This document shows, piece after piece, positions 51,421 through 62,453 of a stretch of 64,000 nucleotides of DNA. The stretch's first letter is position 1; every line of letters starts with the position of its first letter. Below the pieces are notes generated by a model. That model did not search any database. It was not told where the DNA came from and saw nothing but the letters and a program-made list of their open reading frames with translations. The stretch is from a virus (Duplodnaviria > Caudoviricetes): IMG/VR virus record IMGVR_UViG_2974647559_000001, positions 20,609-84,608 of that record. One strand, 5' to 3'. A program made the position numbers and the translations under genes.

Positions 51421-52929
51421 ATGGCTGGTCTAACAGAGTATGGGTTTACTCGTAAAACCCTTCAAGAAATCCTAACTTCTATGAAGCAAAACCTTCGTAG
51501 TAAGTTGGGTGAAGATTGGAATATTGAAACTGGTAGCCCAGAAGATCAATTCCTATCTGTATTTGCTGAAGAAGCTGACCAGTGCTGGCAGGGAGTAGAG
51601 GGTATCTACTCCAGCCAAACATTAGATGGCTCAGAAGGTATTTACTTAGATGATGTATTATCTCAACAAGGTGTATATCGTAAAGGTAAGACAGCTTCTT
51701 CTGGTAAGGCAATTGTATTTTCTTCATACAACACAGTTTCGCTTGGTTCATTAATACGCTCCGGCTCTACAGTAAGTGCTAATAACAACCTAACTTACCT
51801 AGTGCAAGAAAATACAACAATAGATAGTTATATGTCTGCTTACATAATAAGCACTAACCAGCTATCTGTAGGTATTGAGTACACATTTAGTATCTACAAC
51901 ACTAAGTCCCCAACAAGTACCACATTTACTTGGACACCAACCTCTGAAACAAACAAAGATACCATGCTTCAGAAGTTGGTTGAATATGTCAATGAGACAG
52001 TCCTAGATAAGCCTACACTAGCTTATTATAATCCCGCGACACGCACAGCTTACTTAGGATTTAATCAATCCACAGGGCTTCCGCAGCCGTTTAATCGTGG
52101 GGAGTTATATGTTACAACAACCCCTAGAGTGGGTAGCTCAGGTCACACTGTATTTCTTAAAACAGACACACTCGGTTTTAATCCACTAAGTCCTGCTGGT
52201 CTGATAAATCTATCCCCTGTTTATGTTGGTTATGAATCAATTATCAATGGTGATGATTTTAACTCTGGTAGTGACGTACAGACTGATGCCGAATATCGCT
52301 TAGCTGCAATCAATATCAAAGAGAGTAGTGTAGCGGGTACGAATGATAGTATTGTTGCTGGATTGCTAAGATTAGAAGGTGTTGTTGACGTTAGGGTGTA
52401 TGAGAATCCTACAGAGAATTTCATATATGATGTCTCTGGTAAAACAATCACGACACCTTACACATACAATGTTGCTGTGTTAGGTGGTGATGATTCCGAT
52501 GTCGCTCAGGTTATATTAGATAAGTCCCCATTAAACACTCGTCGTTATGGTGCATACTCTGCAAACGCTATTGATACTAAAGGTAACTCAATACCTGTCA
52601 ACTTCACACGAGTTGGTTACTTTGATGTGCAGATTGAAGTCAGTTATAAAACAAAAGATAATTCGGCTTTAACTGAGCAAGAAAAAGTGGCGATATCGAG
52701 TAATATTAATCAGGCAATTGGTGAATTAATTATTGGTGATAGTGTGCCACGTAGCTTGATGGAAGCCGTTACCTTTCAGTCTGTGGCCTTTAGTAGATTG
52801 AGTAAGGTTAGTGTTAGATTGAAAGATTTAACCTTAACCAGTTCAGCATACACTACTGAAGATTTGCAAGCTGATTATGATGAGAAGCCAAGAGTGCTTT
52901 TGGACAAAATAGAGTTTAAACGTATTTGA
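51421..52929 (+). CDS. Baseplate J-like wedge protein
   Basis: MAGLTEYGF, QTDAEYRL, GVVDVRVYEN, VLGGDD. Confidence 0.88.
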   Translation: MAGLTEYGFTRKTLQEILTSMKQNLRSKLGEDWNIETGSPEDQFLSVFAEEADQCWQGVEGIYSSQTLDGSEGIYLDDVLSQQGVYRKGKTASSGKAIVFSSYNTVSLGSLIRSGSTVSANNNLTYLVQENTTIDSYMSAYIISTNQLSVGIEYTFSIYNTKSPTSTTFTWTPTSETNKDTMLQKLVEYVNETVLDKPTLAYYNPATRTAYLGFNQSTGLPQPFNRGELYVTTTPRVGSSGHTVFLKTDTLGFNPLSPAGLINLSPVYVGYESIINGDDFNSGSDVQTDAEYRLAAINIKESSVAGTNDSIVAGLLRLEGVVDVRVYENPTENFIYDVSGKTITTPYTYNVAVLGGDDSDVAQVILDKSPLNTRRYGAYSANAIDTKGNSIPVNFTRVGYFDVQIEVSYKTKDNSALTEQEKVAISSNINQAIGELIIGDSVPRSLMEAVTFQSVAFSRLSKVSVRLKDLTLTSSAYTTEDLQADYDEKPRVLLDKIEFKRI

Positions 52930-52936
52930 GGTACGG

Positions 52937-54265
52937 ATGGCTACAGCTAATAAAATAATCAATGTATCGGATAGGGTGGAGAGAGCAAAAGCTCTCCTGC
53001 TTTATCAGTTTAAAGACAAACCAAACATTAATGCTTTAGTTGATGTTGTAGTCTCCGAATTGCAAGAACTTGAAAATGCAATAACTGACTTGCAGGAAGC
53101 TAGAACTCTGAAAGGAAGTTATGGTGTATTCTTAGATGAGATTGGTAAGCGTCTTAAAGTAGATAGGGGTAATTATGCTGACCCAGATTACAAAACCACT
53201 ATCAAGATTGCTATGGCTAAGAAAACTGCTTCAGCAACAGCACAGGATATATTATTCCTTGTTGAATTACTTACTGCCGATCCAAACGCAATACTTACCA
53301 ACAACTACCCTTACATGGCGGAGCTGACTGGTTATCTATATTGTATTGCTGATGACCCCGCTGGTTTGGAGGCTCTGGCTGATTTATTCCCTGTTAACAC
53401 AAGAGTAAGATTGATTCAGCACTTTGATAAGAGTTTTAAGTTTGGTACAGCAGGTAGGGGTTTTGGTAGTGGTAGTACGCTAAATAGTTTGGTCTATCAT
53501 CGTTACGGTGATATTGACAACCCATCATTCAATGTAAGCCCTGTTGAAGTAACTCCACCGCCACTAACTACAGCACCTTTTATTATTATATCTCCTTATG
53601 TAACTGGTGAAAATACAGAGGGTAGTACGCTGACTGTCGATAATGGTGAGTGGGGAGGTAACACACCCATCGTATATGTATACCAATGGTTGAGAGATGG
53701 TTCAAACATTGCTGGTGAGACTAACCAAACCTACATATTAACGTCTGATGACTTAGGGTTGAGCGTTTCTTGTAGTGTCACAGCAACCAATTTATATGGC
53801 TCTGATTCTAAAGTAACCAATGTAGTTGTAGTAGATTCTACTCCAACACCTACCGCAATTCTCACTGAAGATATAGGTTTGTCAGACATATATTCTAATG
53901 TTATATATTCAAGTGGTGGTGATGTGTCGGTAGACGCGATATTAACATTTGCGAGTGATGGTACTACCGTTAGAGATGGCAATTCAACTATCAACGACCA
54001 ATGGCTAACCACTACAGGTGTCGGGTTGGGAGCAAACTATACACTGTCCTATTCAGTCGTATCTGGTGAACCTTTCGCCAATCTGAACCCCAACGTATTA
54101 TATGACCTAACTAGCCCAATAACCTTCACAGTAAATGAAACTGCTACAGGTAACAGGGTTAACACATCTACTTACAATTTCACCATACGTAGTAAGACGG
54201 ATATTAGCATTAGTAAAACCAAACAAATTACTATGACGGCTGAAATTATAGACTTCAGCGTTTAA
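52937..54265 (+). CDS. gpI/DUF2612-like baseplate protein fused to an Ig-like domain
   Basis: LLYQFKDKPNI..GVFLDEIG; GSTLTVDNGEW..YQWLRDG..TYIL..D. Confidence 0.7.
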   Translation: MATANKIINVSDRVERAKALLLYQFKDKPNINALVDVVVSELQELENAITDLQEARTLKGSYGVFLDEIGKRLKVDRGNYADPDYKTTIKIAMAKKTASATAQDILFLVELLTADPNAILTNNYPYMAELTGYLYCIADDPAGLEALADLFPVNTRVRLIQHFDKSFKFGTAGRGFGSGSTLNSLVYHRYGDIDNPSFNVSPVEVTPPPLTTAPFIIISPYVTGENTEGSTLTVDNGEWGGNTPIVYVYQWLRDGSNIAGETNQTYILTSDDLGLSVSCSVTATNLYGSDSKVTNVVVVDSTPTPTAILTEDIGLSDIYSNVIYSSGGDVSVDAILTFASDGTTVRDGNSTINDQWLTTTGVGLGANYTLSYSVVSGEPFANLNPNVLYDLTSPITFTVNETATGNRVNTSTYNFTIRSKTDISISKTKQITMTAEIIDFSV

Positions 54266-54277
54266 TAAGGTATAAGA

Positions 54278-54937
54278 ATGGCATACCCAGATTTTGATCC
54301 TCTTTGGGCAATAGAGGACACATACCTTGATGGTGTGACGCCCAACAAAATTAGACCAGATGAGCCTTTACGTAATTATGGTTATTTACCTGATGCGGAA
54401 CCAACAGCACAAGAATTGAACTGGCAGTTGAATAATGTCTATCAACAACTTGCTGAATTAAAGACCATAGCGCTAGGTGCTTATGAGACACCAGTAAATG
54501 AGTTAAAGATTATTGTTGGTGATAACCGCAATCCAGCTACTATTTATGGCTACGGCACTTGGGTTCCTTTTGCTCAGGGTCGCACACTGATTGGTGCAGG
54601 TACAGGCACAGATACTAATGGTGTTCAGCGTTCATACTCTGAAGGCAGCACAGGTGGTACTTACGAAGAAGTGATTAGTAAGTCACAATTACCTGCTCAC
54701 GAACATAGTTATGAAGATAGTTACTTGTTTGAAGCTGCCGGAAGTGTCAGCGGTGTCCCAACTACTAACAAGAAGAATGTCGGGTTTATTAATGGTGGTT
54801 TTGGTAGTGGCGACACCGATGCTGATAACAACACCTTAGTATTCCGTAACAATACAACAGGTAGTGTAGGCGGAAATCAACCTACTAATAATGTGCAACC
54901 ATACGTTGCCGTATTTATCTGGCGGAGAACAGCATAA
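54278..54937 (+). CDS. Baseplate-associated short fibre/collar-domain protein
   Basis: GTWVPFAQGRTLIGAG..QLPAHEH..NNVQPYVAVFIWRRTA. Confidence 0.75.
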   Translation: MAYPDFDPLWAIEDTYLDGVTPNKIRPDEPLRNYGYLPDAEPTAQELNWQLNNVYQQLAELKTIALGAYETPVNELKIIVGDNRNPATIYGYGTWVPFAQGRTLIGAGTGTDTNGVQRSYSEGSTGGTYEEVISKSQLPAHEHSYEDSYLFEAAGSVSGVPTTNKKNVGFINGGFGSGDTDADNNTLVFRNNTTGSVGGNQPTNNVQPYVAVFIWRRTA

Positions 54938-56178
54938 TGGCTTTTGAGAAATTCCCACCCACTAACGCTAGTGAAGCTGTTGCTGTGTTTAAGCAAGATG
55001 TAATTATTGTACATGATGTTGCTCATGGTGATGAGAATGCAGAAGTATTGACAGAGAATGGATTAATACCTAGTATTGCCAAATTCATTAAAGATACTAA
55101 TGAGCGTATTGGTGACGGTCTTGTTAATATAGAGCACTCGGTAACAACAAATCGTGATGCAGTGGATAGTCACCCTATTTCTGCCATTACTGGTTTACAG
55201 ACCGCATTAGACGCCAAAGTCGATACTTCTGCATTTGGCACAGCAGCATCAGCAGACCTCACTACATCAGCAACAGATACAACCGCTGGTCGTGTTACTA
55301 AAGTTGGTGACGGTGGCATCCTATCAAGCTCTGTCCCATCGGTCGTATTAAATATAGCTTTAACAAGTGGCATTTATCGCTATGGTTCATCTGACCCCCA
55401 ATCACCGAACGCAGAATTAGGCGAGACACTTTTAAGTGGTGTTATTGTTGTTCTACCAACGACTAGCGCCGCTGTACTGCAAGTGGCCTATTCAAATTCA
55501 ACCAATGCCGGTCTTAGACGCATCTATATCCGATATGGGACAACCGATAGCTGGTCTACGTGGAATAAGCAGTTGGCAGTCGGAGACTACGGATTAGGCA
55601 CAGAGTTCTTAGCTGCCGCAGCAACGCGCCCACCAAGCAATGACGCCAACTTAATAACCGTAACGGGTTTTTATGGAACTGACTCAGTAACACTTGGTTT
55701 ACCAGCGTTAGCTGGTGGGGCAAGTACGTTACGGTGCGGATTGTTAGCATTAGCAACAGGCAGCGACGACTTTCAGTTTATATTTACTTCCAGAAATACG
55801 GATCAGGTTTTTTATGGGAGAAAGGTTGCAGCAGGCGCGATAACTTGGAATGAGCTAATCCACACAGGGAACGAATCAACAGCATTAGCAAAGGATTACG
55901 CTATCTCAGTAGCAGCCGATGCTACGCTGGAGATAAACAAAAAATATTATATCGCAGGTGGTACGACTTATACGCTGCCAAGTGGAACGGGACTGCCTAA
56001 CGGTACAGCGATTTCTGTTAGACGTAGAATTTCGGTTGTGCCGACTATACAAACTACAGGTGGTCAGACAATCCGCATAGGTACTGGCGACATCACCTAC
56101 CAGACGGACACATCAATCACATTTGACATTAACGCAGAGTTGATATTCGTTTGGACTGGCTCAGTATGGGAGATTTAA
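54937..56178 (+). CDS. Tail fibre protein
   Basis: GTAASADLTTSATDTTAGRVTKVGDGG fibre repeat; WSTW. Confidence 0.8.
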   Translation: MAFEKFPPTNASEAVAVFKQDVIIVHDVAHGDENAEVLTENGLIPSIAKFIKDTNERIGDGLVNIEHSVTTNRDAVDSHPISAITGLQTALDAKVDTSAFGTAASADLTTSATDTTAGRVTKVGDGGILSSSVPSVVLNIALTSGIYRYGSSDPQSPNAELGETLLSGVIVVLPTTSAAVLQVAYSNSTNAGLRRIYIRYGTTDSWSTWNKQLAVGDYGLGTEFLAAAATRPPSNDANLITVTGFYGTDSVTLGLPALAGGASTLRCGLLALATGSDDFQFIFTSRNTDQVFYGRKVAAGAITWNELIHTGNESTALAKDYAISVAADATLEINKKYYIAGGTTYTLPSGTGLPNGTAISVRRRISVVPTIQTTGGQTIRIGTGDITYQTDTSITFDINAELIFVWTGSVWEI

Positions 56179-56179
56179 T

Positions 56180-57387
56180 ATGCCAACAAGTTTAAAAGCA
56201 GTATTAGGTGGCGGTGGTGGTTTAGGCTTACCAGCCTCACAGATTAAGAGTAAGACAACAGATGGGCCGTTAAACACGGTACTATCAGCAACCGTTGACG
56301 CAACGGGTGCAGGGGTAACTATAACGGTAACAGGTAAGGTTCTTTTGTTGGGCGCAAGGGTATCTCAGACCACTAATAACGATACTAAGTGGTCGCTTAC
56401 TTGCGACGGTGTTGTTGTGTCTCGGCAGTTAACCGCATTTGGCGGTACAACGGATAACTACCTCTTATCGAACGACACATCTTTGGTAGTGCCAACTTAT
56501 AACGCACCTGACGGCATACTTTGTGAAACAGGCTTTGAGCTATTTATGCAAACGTCCGCTGATACCTCAATAAGTTATACACTCATCTATACGGAGCTAA
56601 ATTAATATGACTGATGACATCATCCAGCCGCCAGTGATTGAAAGGGCTAAAGTGTTTATTAACGGCGTTGAAGTCAATCCAGATGATTACGCGCCTGCAC
56701 CAGTTATAGATACAAAAATAACTCGCTTGGCATTTTTAGAGCGCTTTACTGATGCGGAAGCGGTACAGGTTGACTTGGCAAGCCAAGGCGCAACAGTTGA
56801 AGCTGCAACAATGCGCCGATTTATGCAAAAAGTTAACGCTGCAACATTTATCGACTTGTCAAGACCTGATACTATTGACGGTGTAAACGCTTTAGCGGCT
56901 TACGGCTTTTTTACGGTAGAACGAGCAAGCGAGATTCTTACAGCGCCAATTCAGGAAATAGAACTCCCATAATAAGCAGGGGAATTATTTAGACAAGCAT
57001 CAATATTATAAGGGCTTTACAATGGATTTATTATTAGTTAGACACAAAGGCTATCGCATTAGAATGGTTATCGACATTGATGGTGGCATGTGGTTGCAGA
57101 AGATTAATGAACTGACAGACCAAAATGTTGAGGGGTTTACATACACCAGCGATGTTGAATATGCAATCAATCGTTATGGTGGTGTGGATGCTTTCGTCGA
57201 AAAAGTAGTATTCCCTAAGACTAACGAGTTTATGCGTATGTTTTTTCCTTTAGATGGCGGTGGTACTACTGAGCCTGTTGGTGATATTCCAGCAGACGGT
57301 CGGGCGCGTCTTGAGTGGATAGTTAAGAATCTATTTAAGTTCGATGCATCAACTGAGCAGTTTGATTACACGCCACCAGAAGGTTGA
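56180..57387 (+). other. Fibre-associated/assembly proteins 56180-56605 and 56607-56972, and hypothetical 57022-57387
   Basis: Position after the fibre gene; ITRLAFLERFT motif. Confidence 0.55.
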
Positions 57388-57408
57388 TGAAGCTAAGAGG
57401 TTATTGAA

Positions 57409-57771
57409 GTGAGTTTTTCCCCACAAGAATTTGCTTGTAAATGTGGGAAATGCGGGAAAGGGTTTGCAGAAATGCAGCCCACCCTATTATCCAAACTAAA
57501 CCAAGCAAGACAATTAGCTGGAGTACCATTTGTGATTACATCGGCCTACCGTTGTGAAGAACACAATCGCAGAGTAGGAGGTACACCCAATTCAGCACAT
57601 TTACGTGGATACGCTGTAGACATTAAGATACAAAATTCAATGGTGGCAATGTCCATGTTGAAAGCATTTATTTCTGCTGGATTCAATCGTATTGGGTATA
57701 ACAGCAGAACTAAATTCTTCCATGTGGATTGTGACCCATCGTTGCCACAAAATACTTTCTTCGATTATTAG
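57409..57771 (+). CDS. Endolysin, peptidase M15A family
   Basis: EFACKCG, SAYRC..HN..VGG..NSAHLRGYAVD, FFHVD. Confidence 0.9.
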   Translation: MSFSPQEFACKCGKCGKGFAEMQPTLLSKLNQARQLAGVPFVITSAYRCEEHNRRVGGTPNSAHLRGYAVDIKIQNSMVAMSMLKAFISAGFNRIGYNSRTKFFHVDCDPSLPQNTFFDY

Positions 57772-57780
57772 AGGATAAAA

Positions 57781-58014
57781 ATGTTTGATAAAATCAGATC
57801 AAAAATTAAATCATTGTTTGGTAAAGTCAAACAATATCTTAAATCACGTACAGTGAATGTTGGCTTGATTATCACTATGATGGGTGTTGTAGAAATGAAC
57901 TTATCGTTCTTGCAGCCTACATTTGGAGATAACTTTGGCTTAGTGAGCATTGCTTACGGTATATTAATGGTGTACTTACGGAGTATCACCACAAATTCAA
58001 TACAAGATAAATAA
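57781..58014 (+). CDS. Holin-like protein (2 TM)
   Basis: KSRTVNVGL..TM..YLRSITT; follows the endolysin. Confidence 0.7.
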   Translation: MFDKIRSKIKSLFGKVKQYLKSRTVNVGLIITMMGVVEMNLSFLQPTFGDNFGLVSIAYGILMVYLRSITTNSIQDK

Positions 58015-58023
58015 GGGATTATT

Positions 58024-58320
58024 GTGGAGACTACAGGAATATTAGCAGCCATCATTAAGTACGGGTGGCTCTTTATCAGTGGTGTATTCGGAACATTGTT
58101 TTGGTGGCTATTTAATAAAGCGAATGACACTTACAATAAAGCAGAAGTTGAAAAGTTGTTTGAACTAAAAATGGAACCATTGAAACAATCTGTAGACAGG
58201 TTAACACAATCTACAGAACGTAGTGCTGAAATAATGGAAAAATTAAACGATAACCTAAATAAATTACACACAGACGTTGCCGTAATTAAACATCAAGTAA
58301 GTAAACTAGAGGATAAATAA
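58024..58320 (+). CDS. Holin/antiholin-like protein (1 TM + coiled coil)
   Basis: N-terminal TM and coiled-coil tail, within the lysis cassette. Confidence 0.5.
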   Translation: METTGILAAIIKYGWLFISGVFGTLFWWLFNKANDTYNKAEVEKLFELKMEPLKQSVDRLTQSTERSAEIMEKLNDNLNKLHTDVAVIKHQVSKLEDK

Positions 58321-58321
58321 T

Positions 58322-58396
58322 ATGCCAAGTAATTCAGGAAGTAAGCCAGATAAACCAGTAAAACCTGCTGAGCAGAACAAGAAGAAATCTAAGTAA
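58322..58396 (+). CDS. 24-aa Pro/Lys-rich peptide
   Basis: MPSNSGSKPDKPVKPAEQNKKKSK; TAATG overlap with the next gene. Confidence 0.45.
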   Translation: MPSNSGSKPDKPVKPAEQNKKKSK

Positions 58397-58815
58397 TGGA
58401 ATACTTAGAGATACTAAATAGACTTTGGTATCTCTTTCTTTTCCCTGTAGTCGCTTTTATTGTAAAAGAGGACAAGGAAGTTCCTATTTTATTTTCTCTG
58501 ATGTTAGTATGGAATAACATTGTTTTTGATGTTATCGGTGTCCCACCTACTGTATGGTTTCTTGTGCAAGCACTATTCAGTATTTTATTCTGGTATGGTT
58601 GTAAATACATATCTTATCTACCGCTAAGAAAGGCAGCAAGAATAGTATGCCTATATGTAGTATTCGTTAACTTATTTGAACAATTTTCATTATACCAGAC
58701 AATATTCTACCCTTGGTGGGAAATAATTAATTGGGTAGCTTTGGATTTAATTGCTGCTTGCATTTTACTAAACAATAAAGTATTGAGGGTGGGAAAGAGT
58801 GTTCAACCAAATTAA
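58396..58815 (+). CDS. Multi-pass membrane protein
   Basis: 4-5 hydrophobic segments. Confidence 0.7.
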   Translation: MEYLEILNRLWYLFLFPVVAFIVKEDKEVPILFSLMLVWNNIVFDVIGVPPTVWFLVQALFSILFWYGCKYISYLPLRKAARIVCLYVVFVNLFEQFSLYQTIFYPWWEIINWVALDLIAACILLNNKVLRVGKSVQPN

Positions 58816-59095
58816 ATTATATATCTACGGAGCAATAGCTGCCGCAGGATTATTCTTGGTAGGTATGTTGAAATACTTATCTGCAAAGAATAAGTCATTA
58901 GAAAAAGAAGTAGAAACAAACAAGAAGAATGTCATAGTGCTTGAGAAAGCATCTGCTGACAGAAAAGAATTAGATAAAGCTGTTGCCGAAGTCAAGGCTG
59001 AAGCTCAGGTGGTGGAACGTGAGAATAATGAAAAACGCGCTAAAAAGATTAGGCCGAGTGTTGGGGATAGCTTTGGCGATAAGCGTCTTAATTAG
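58799..59095 (+). CDS. i-spanin (Rz-like)
   Basis: N-terminal TM then coiled coil. Confidence 0.75.
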   Translation: MFNQIKLYIYGAIAAAGLFLVGMLKYLSAKNKSLEKEVETNKKNVIVLEKASADRKELDKAVAEVKAEAQVVERENNEKRAKKIRPSVGDSFGDKRLN

Positions 59096-59378
59096 TTGTA
59101 AGACAACGCCAGAATATGTATATATCCAACCGGAGTGTTCGCCAGCACCCCGTTTAGTTCTTCCTGAGATTGATTCTGGGAAGCTTTATTCTGTATTGGT
59201 ACTACCGCATAGCCTACACCCTCAAGACCTCTCTACGTTAGCTCCAGAGCTTTTAAATGGGTATGACGGGGAGGATTTGTACTATGATTTGGTGAATCGG
59301 GATAAATTGATGACAGATATGATTCTAGAAAACGAAGCTATTATAAAAAGCGTTTGTAAGAAGGTAGATAATGGCTAA
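59028..59378 (+). CDS. o-spanin (Rz1-like) lipoprotein
   Basis: Signal peptide with lipobox LISC; overlaps the i-spanin. Confidence 0.75.
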   Translation: MKNALKRLGRVLGIALAISVLISCKTTPEYVYIQPECSPAPRLVLPEIDSGKLYSVLVLPHSLHPQDLSTLAPELLNGYDGEDLYYDLVNRDKLMTDMILENEAIIKSVCKKVDNG

Positions 59379-62300
59379 CGACAATTATACAGCAAACGCT
59401 GACGGCTCTTGTTATGTTGGGATGTTTAACGCATCTTTATTACAACAAGCTATAAACTCCGCTACGGTCAGCTCATGGACGCAATACACCAGTACAAACA
59501 TTAATGATTTTATTCCGGCATATAGCCCTGACAGGGCTGATATTGCTATATTTGAAACTGACGAGCTTAGAAAGCTGACAAATTGGTCTAACAAGTGGGG
59601 CTACGACAGGGTAAACCGCAAAATTGTTGGTGTCGGCACATCTGAGGGGTATTTTGCAGGAGCTAAAAACTACAGAGGAAAGCAAGTAACATTTCCTCTA
59701 GCCGACAATGCTTTTAGTGTGCAGTACGGGCCGTTACCTTTAGTTAACGAGGGGCATACTTATGATCGAAATAGCTCAATACCAGACAGTGTAGGCAGGT
59801 TTTATTGCACGACTTTAGTATCAATAGGTAGCCCCAAAATTTATCGCCGTGATTTAGCAGGTGAGTACACTGATGTATTTACCTTAAGTTCAGTAAATGT
59901 TGCAGGCTTGGCAGGCACAAGTAATCTACTTCATGCCCTCGATGTATTTCCCGAAATGGGCGCAGAGGGTTCTGTCATTACGTTTGGGCAACGAGGCGCG
60001 TTGGTTAGGTATGACATAGCGACAGGCGTCGGCACTTTGCTTTACACTGCCGCAACAGATAACAGTCATTATTATGGCGTTTGTGTTTACTCCAACGGTC
60101 AGATTATATTCGGCGCTGGTGAATCATCAAGCCAACTGTATCGACTTGATAGTAGTGGTACGGTAACTGCGTTATCAACTGCGCCACCGCATCCTATTAA
60201 CTGCAAGTCAAGTTACAAATACCTGCCCAGCCCTGTTGATGGCGACAACGCTTGCTACAGCTTGGAAAATGACACCATGAGAATGTATAAACATAATTTA
60301 ACATTAGATATATGGACTGATATAGGGCCAGCAGTACCGACAGGCAATTTGGTGCAGACCGTTTTTGTACCTTTACGCGGCCTAAATGCGTTTGCTTGTT
60401 TTTGCGGCAAGGGTAGGACTGGCGGGTTAGACCAATCGGAATTCTGGATTTATAAGGTAACTACATAATGGCTTACGCATTATTATTTAACGGCTCTGGA
60501 TATGTTAGCATTCCTGCAAAAACGGCAGGTAGCGCGTCTACAGATACTTGGACGGCTCTTTTTGATTTAGAAATACCAAACACATCAAACCAAACCATTT
60601 ATGCCGCAACATCGACAGCGTTCACTGATATTTTTAGGATTACAGGAGCTAATACCGTTGCGTGGCGGATAGGGGCCGGAACCACAAACAACATAACAAT
60701 TAGCCAAAACTGGCCCATAGGCACCAGATTTCTTTTAGGCATTTACCGTGAGTCAGGCCGGAACTTAGTAATAACTATTGATGGTGTTGAGGTTTACCGC
60801 GCTAACAGCGTTTCATTCGGTGGCGGCGGTAACGCTATAAGTGTTACATCAATTGGCAAAGCAAGTGTTGGTACGTTTAGCGGTAAGATGTATGAGGCTA
60901 CAATTCAGGGTGAAAACTATTTAAACCCTGACCAGCCCGACACTACTGTATGGGGTGACGGCACATTAACTGGTATACCAAGCACGAATTGGGAACCATA
61001 TGGCGGTGTCGCAACGCCAATATCATTCTCAGGCACAATACCAACACAATCATTCACTAACGGCGAATCAGTTAGCGTAGATTTATCAACATACTTTAGT
61101 GGCACTGAAACGCCTTTTACATTCACAAACACTGGAACAGCTTTAACTGGTTCAGGATTAACGCTTTCTAGCGCTGGCTTGTTGTCAGGTACTTACACAG
61201 GTACGCCTATAACCGGAGTGGTAGTCACTGGTACAGATGCTGCGACAAATACTGCGGCAAGTAATGCGTTTAATATTGAGACTGCATCTGCTGTCCGTAA
61301 TATATCAATTGCTGACAATCTACCAGCATTATCTAGTGCATTGTCAATGACATATGTAGCAGCGGGTGTTGGAACAATAACAATATCAGATTGGGCTAAT
61401 AACACAGGCACTGCCCTACCTAACCTGACTGGTATTACAGTGAATGTGCGTAGTTTGATAGATGGTAGTACGGTGTATCGTACAACTACTGCTTCTACTG
61501 ATGTAGGTAGCGATTGTGTTGTATCTGATGCAGCAATTGTAACTGGAACTCAATATGAAGTAACAGCCCTGAAATTCAATGGCGCAGATTATGACATTGG
61601 TATCGCTATCATCACTGCAACGTAGGAGTAAACAATGTTTAGATTTTCTAACCAACCTATTGTTTCTTCTAAGTTTGTTTTCGGTGTTGGTAATTTCGGT
61701 GTTCTTTATGATGTTGTGCCTACTACTGGACAGAACGGGGCGGCAGTCTTATTAAATGATGGCGGGGTTAATGGAGATTATGTAAGATTACGTATTGACT
61801 CTATTGACCCTACAATTACATCACTGTTTGTCTATGAAGATGGTAGTTTTGAATCTCAGGGTACTGGACAATGGACATATTATTATAGTGAAAACGGGAT
61901 AGAGAACCCTACCCTAAACACTGTTACAATTAATCCATTTGTTACTGATAGCAATCTAACAATCAGTGATGTGCTTCCGGCATTATCTAGTAGTGTTACG
62001 ATTACAAATGTAGTTCCTGAATACAATCTATCTATTTCAGATTCATTCAGTCCCCTACAATCTTCAATGAGTTTGGTTAATGGTATTCCTGAGAGTAGTT
62101 TGAGCATAGCTACAACGCTTCCTAGCCTATCTAGCAGCGTTTCAATTGAGAATGTAGTACCAACGTATAGCTTAGCTATTACAACGTCCCTACCGAGCTT
62201 ACAGAGTACTGTAGGGTTATCCTATGAGGATGCCCTTTATGACATCACCATTAGCGACAACTTACCATCATTACAGTCTGCAATAACATTAGAAAATATT

Positions 62301-62447
62301 GTACCTGTATATACTCTGGAAATAACCGATTCATTTGCTGCTTTACAATCATCAGTAAATATCATCAACGGGGAGTTAACTATTCATGTTGCTCCACAAA
62401 ATTTAATCTATATCAAACCAAAACCAAGATTTATAACACTGAGGTAA
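59371..62447 (+). other. Accessory virion proteins: 59371-60468 (propeller-like), 60468-61625 (LamG-like + Ig), 61635-62447 (repeated beta-rich)
   Basis: LLFNGSGYV..FSGKMYE LamG-like pattern; FSGTIPTQ..VDLSTYF Ig pattern. Confidence 0.55.
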
Positions 62448-62453
62448 TAAAAT

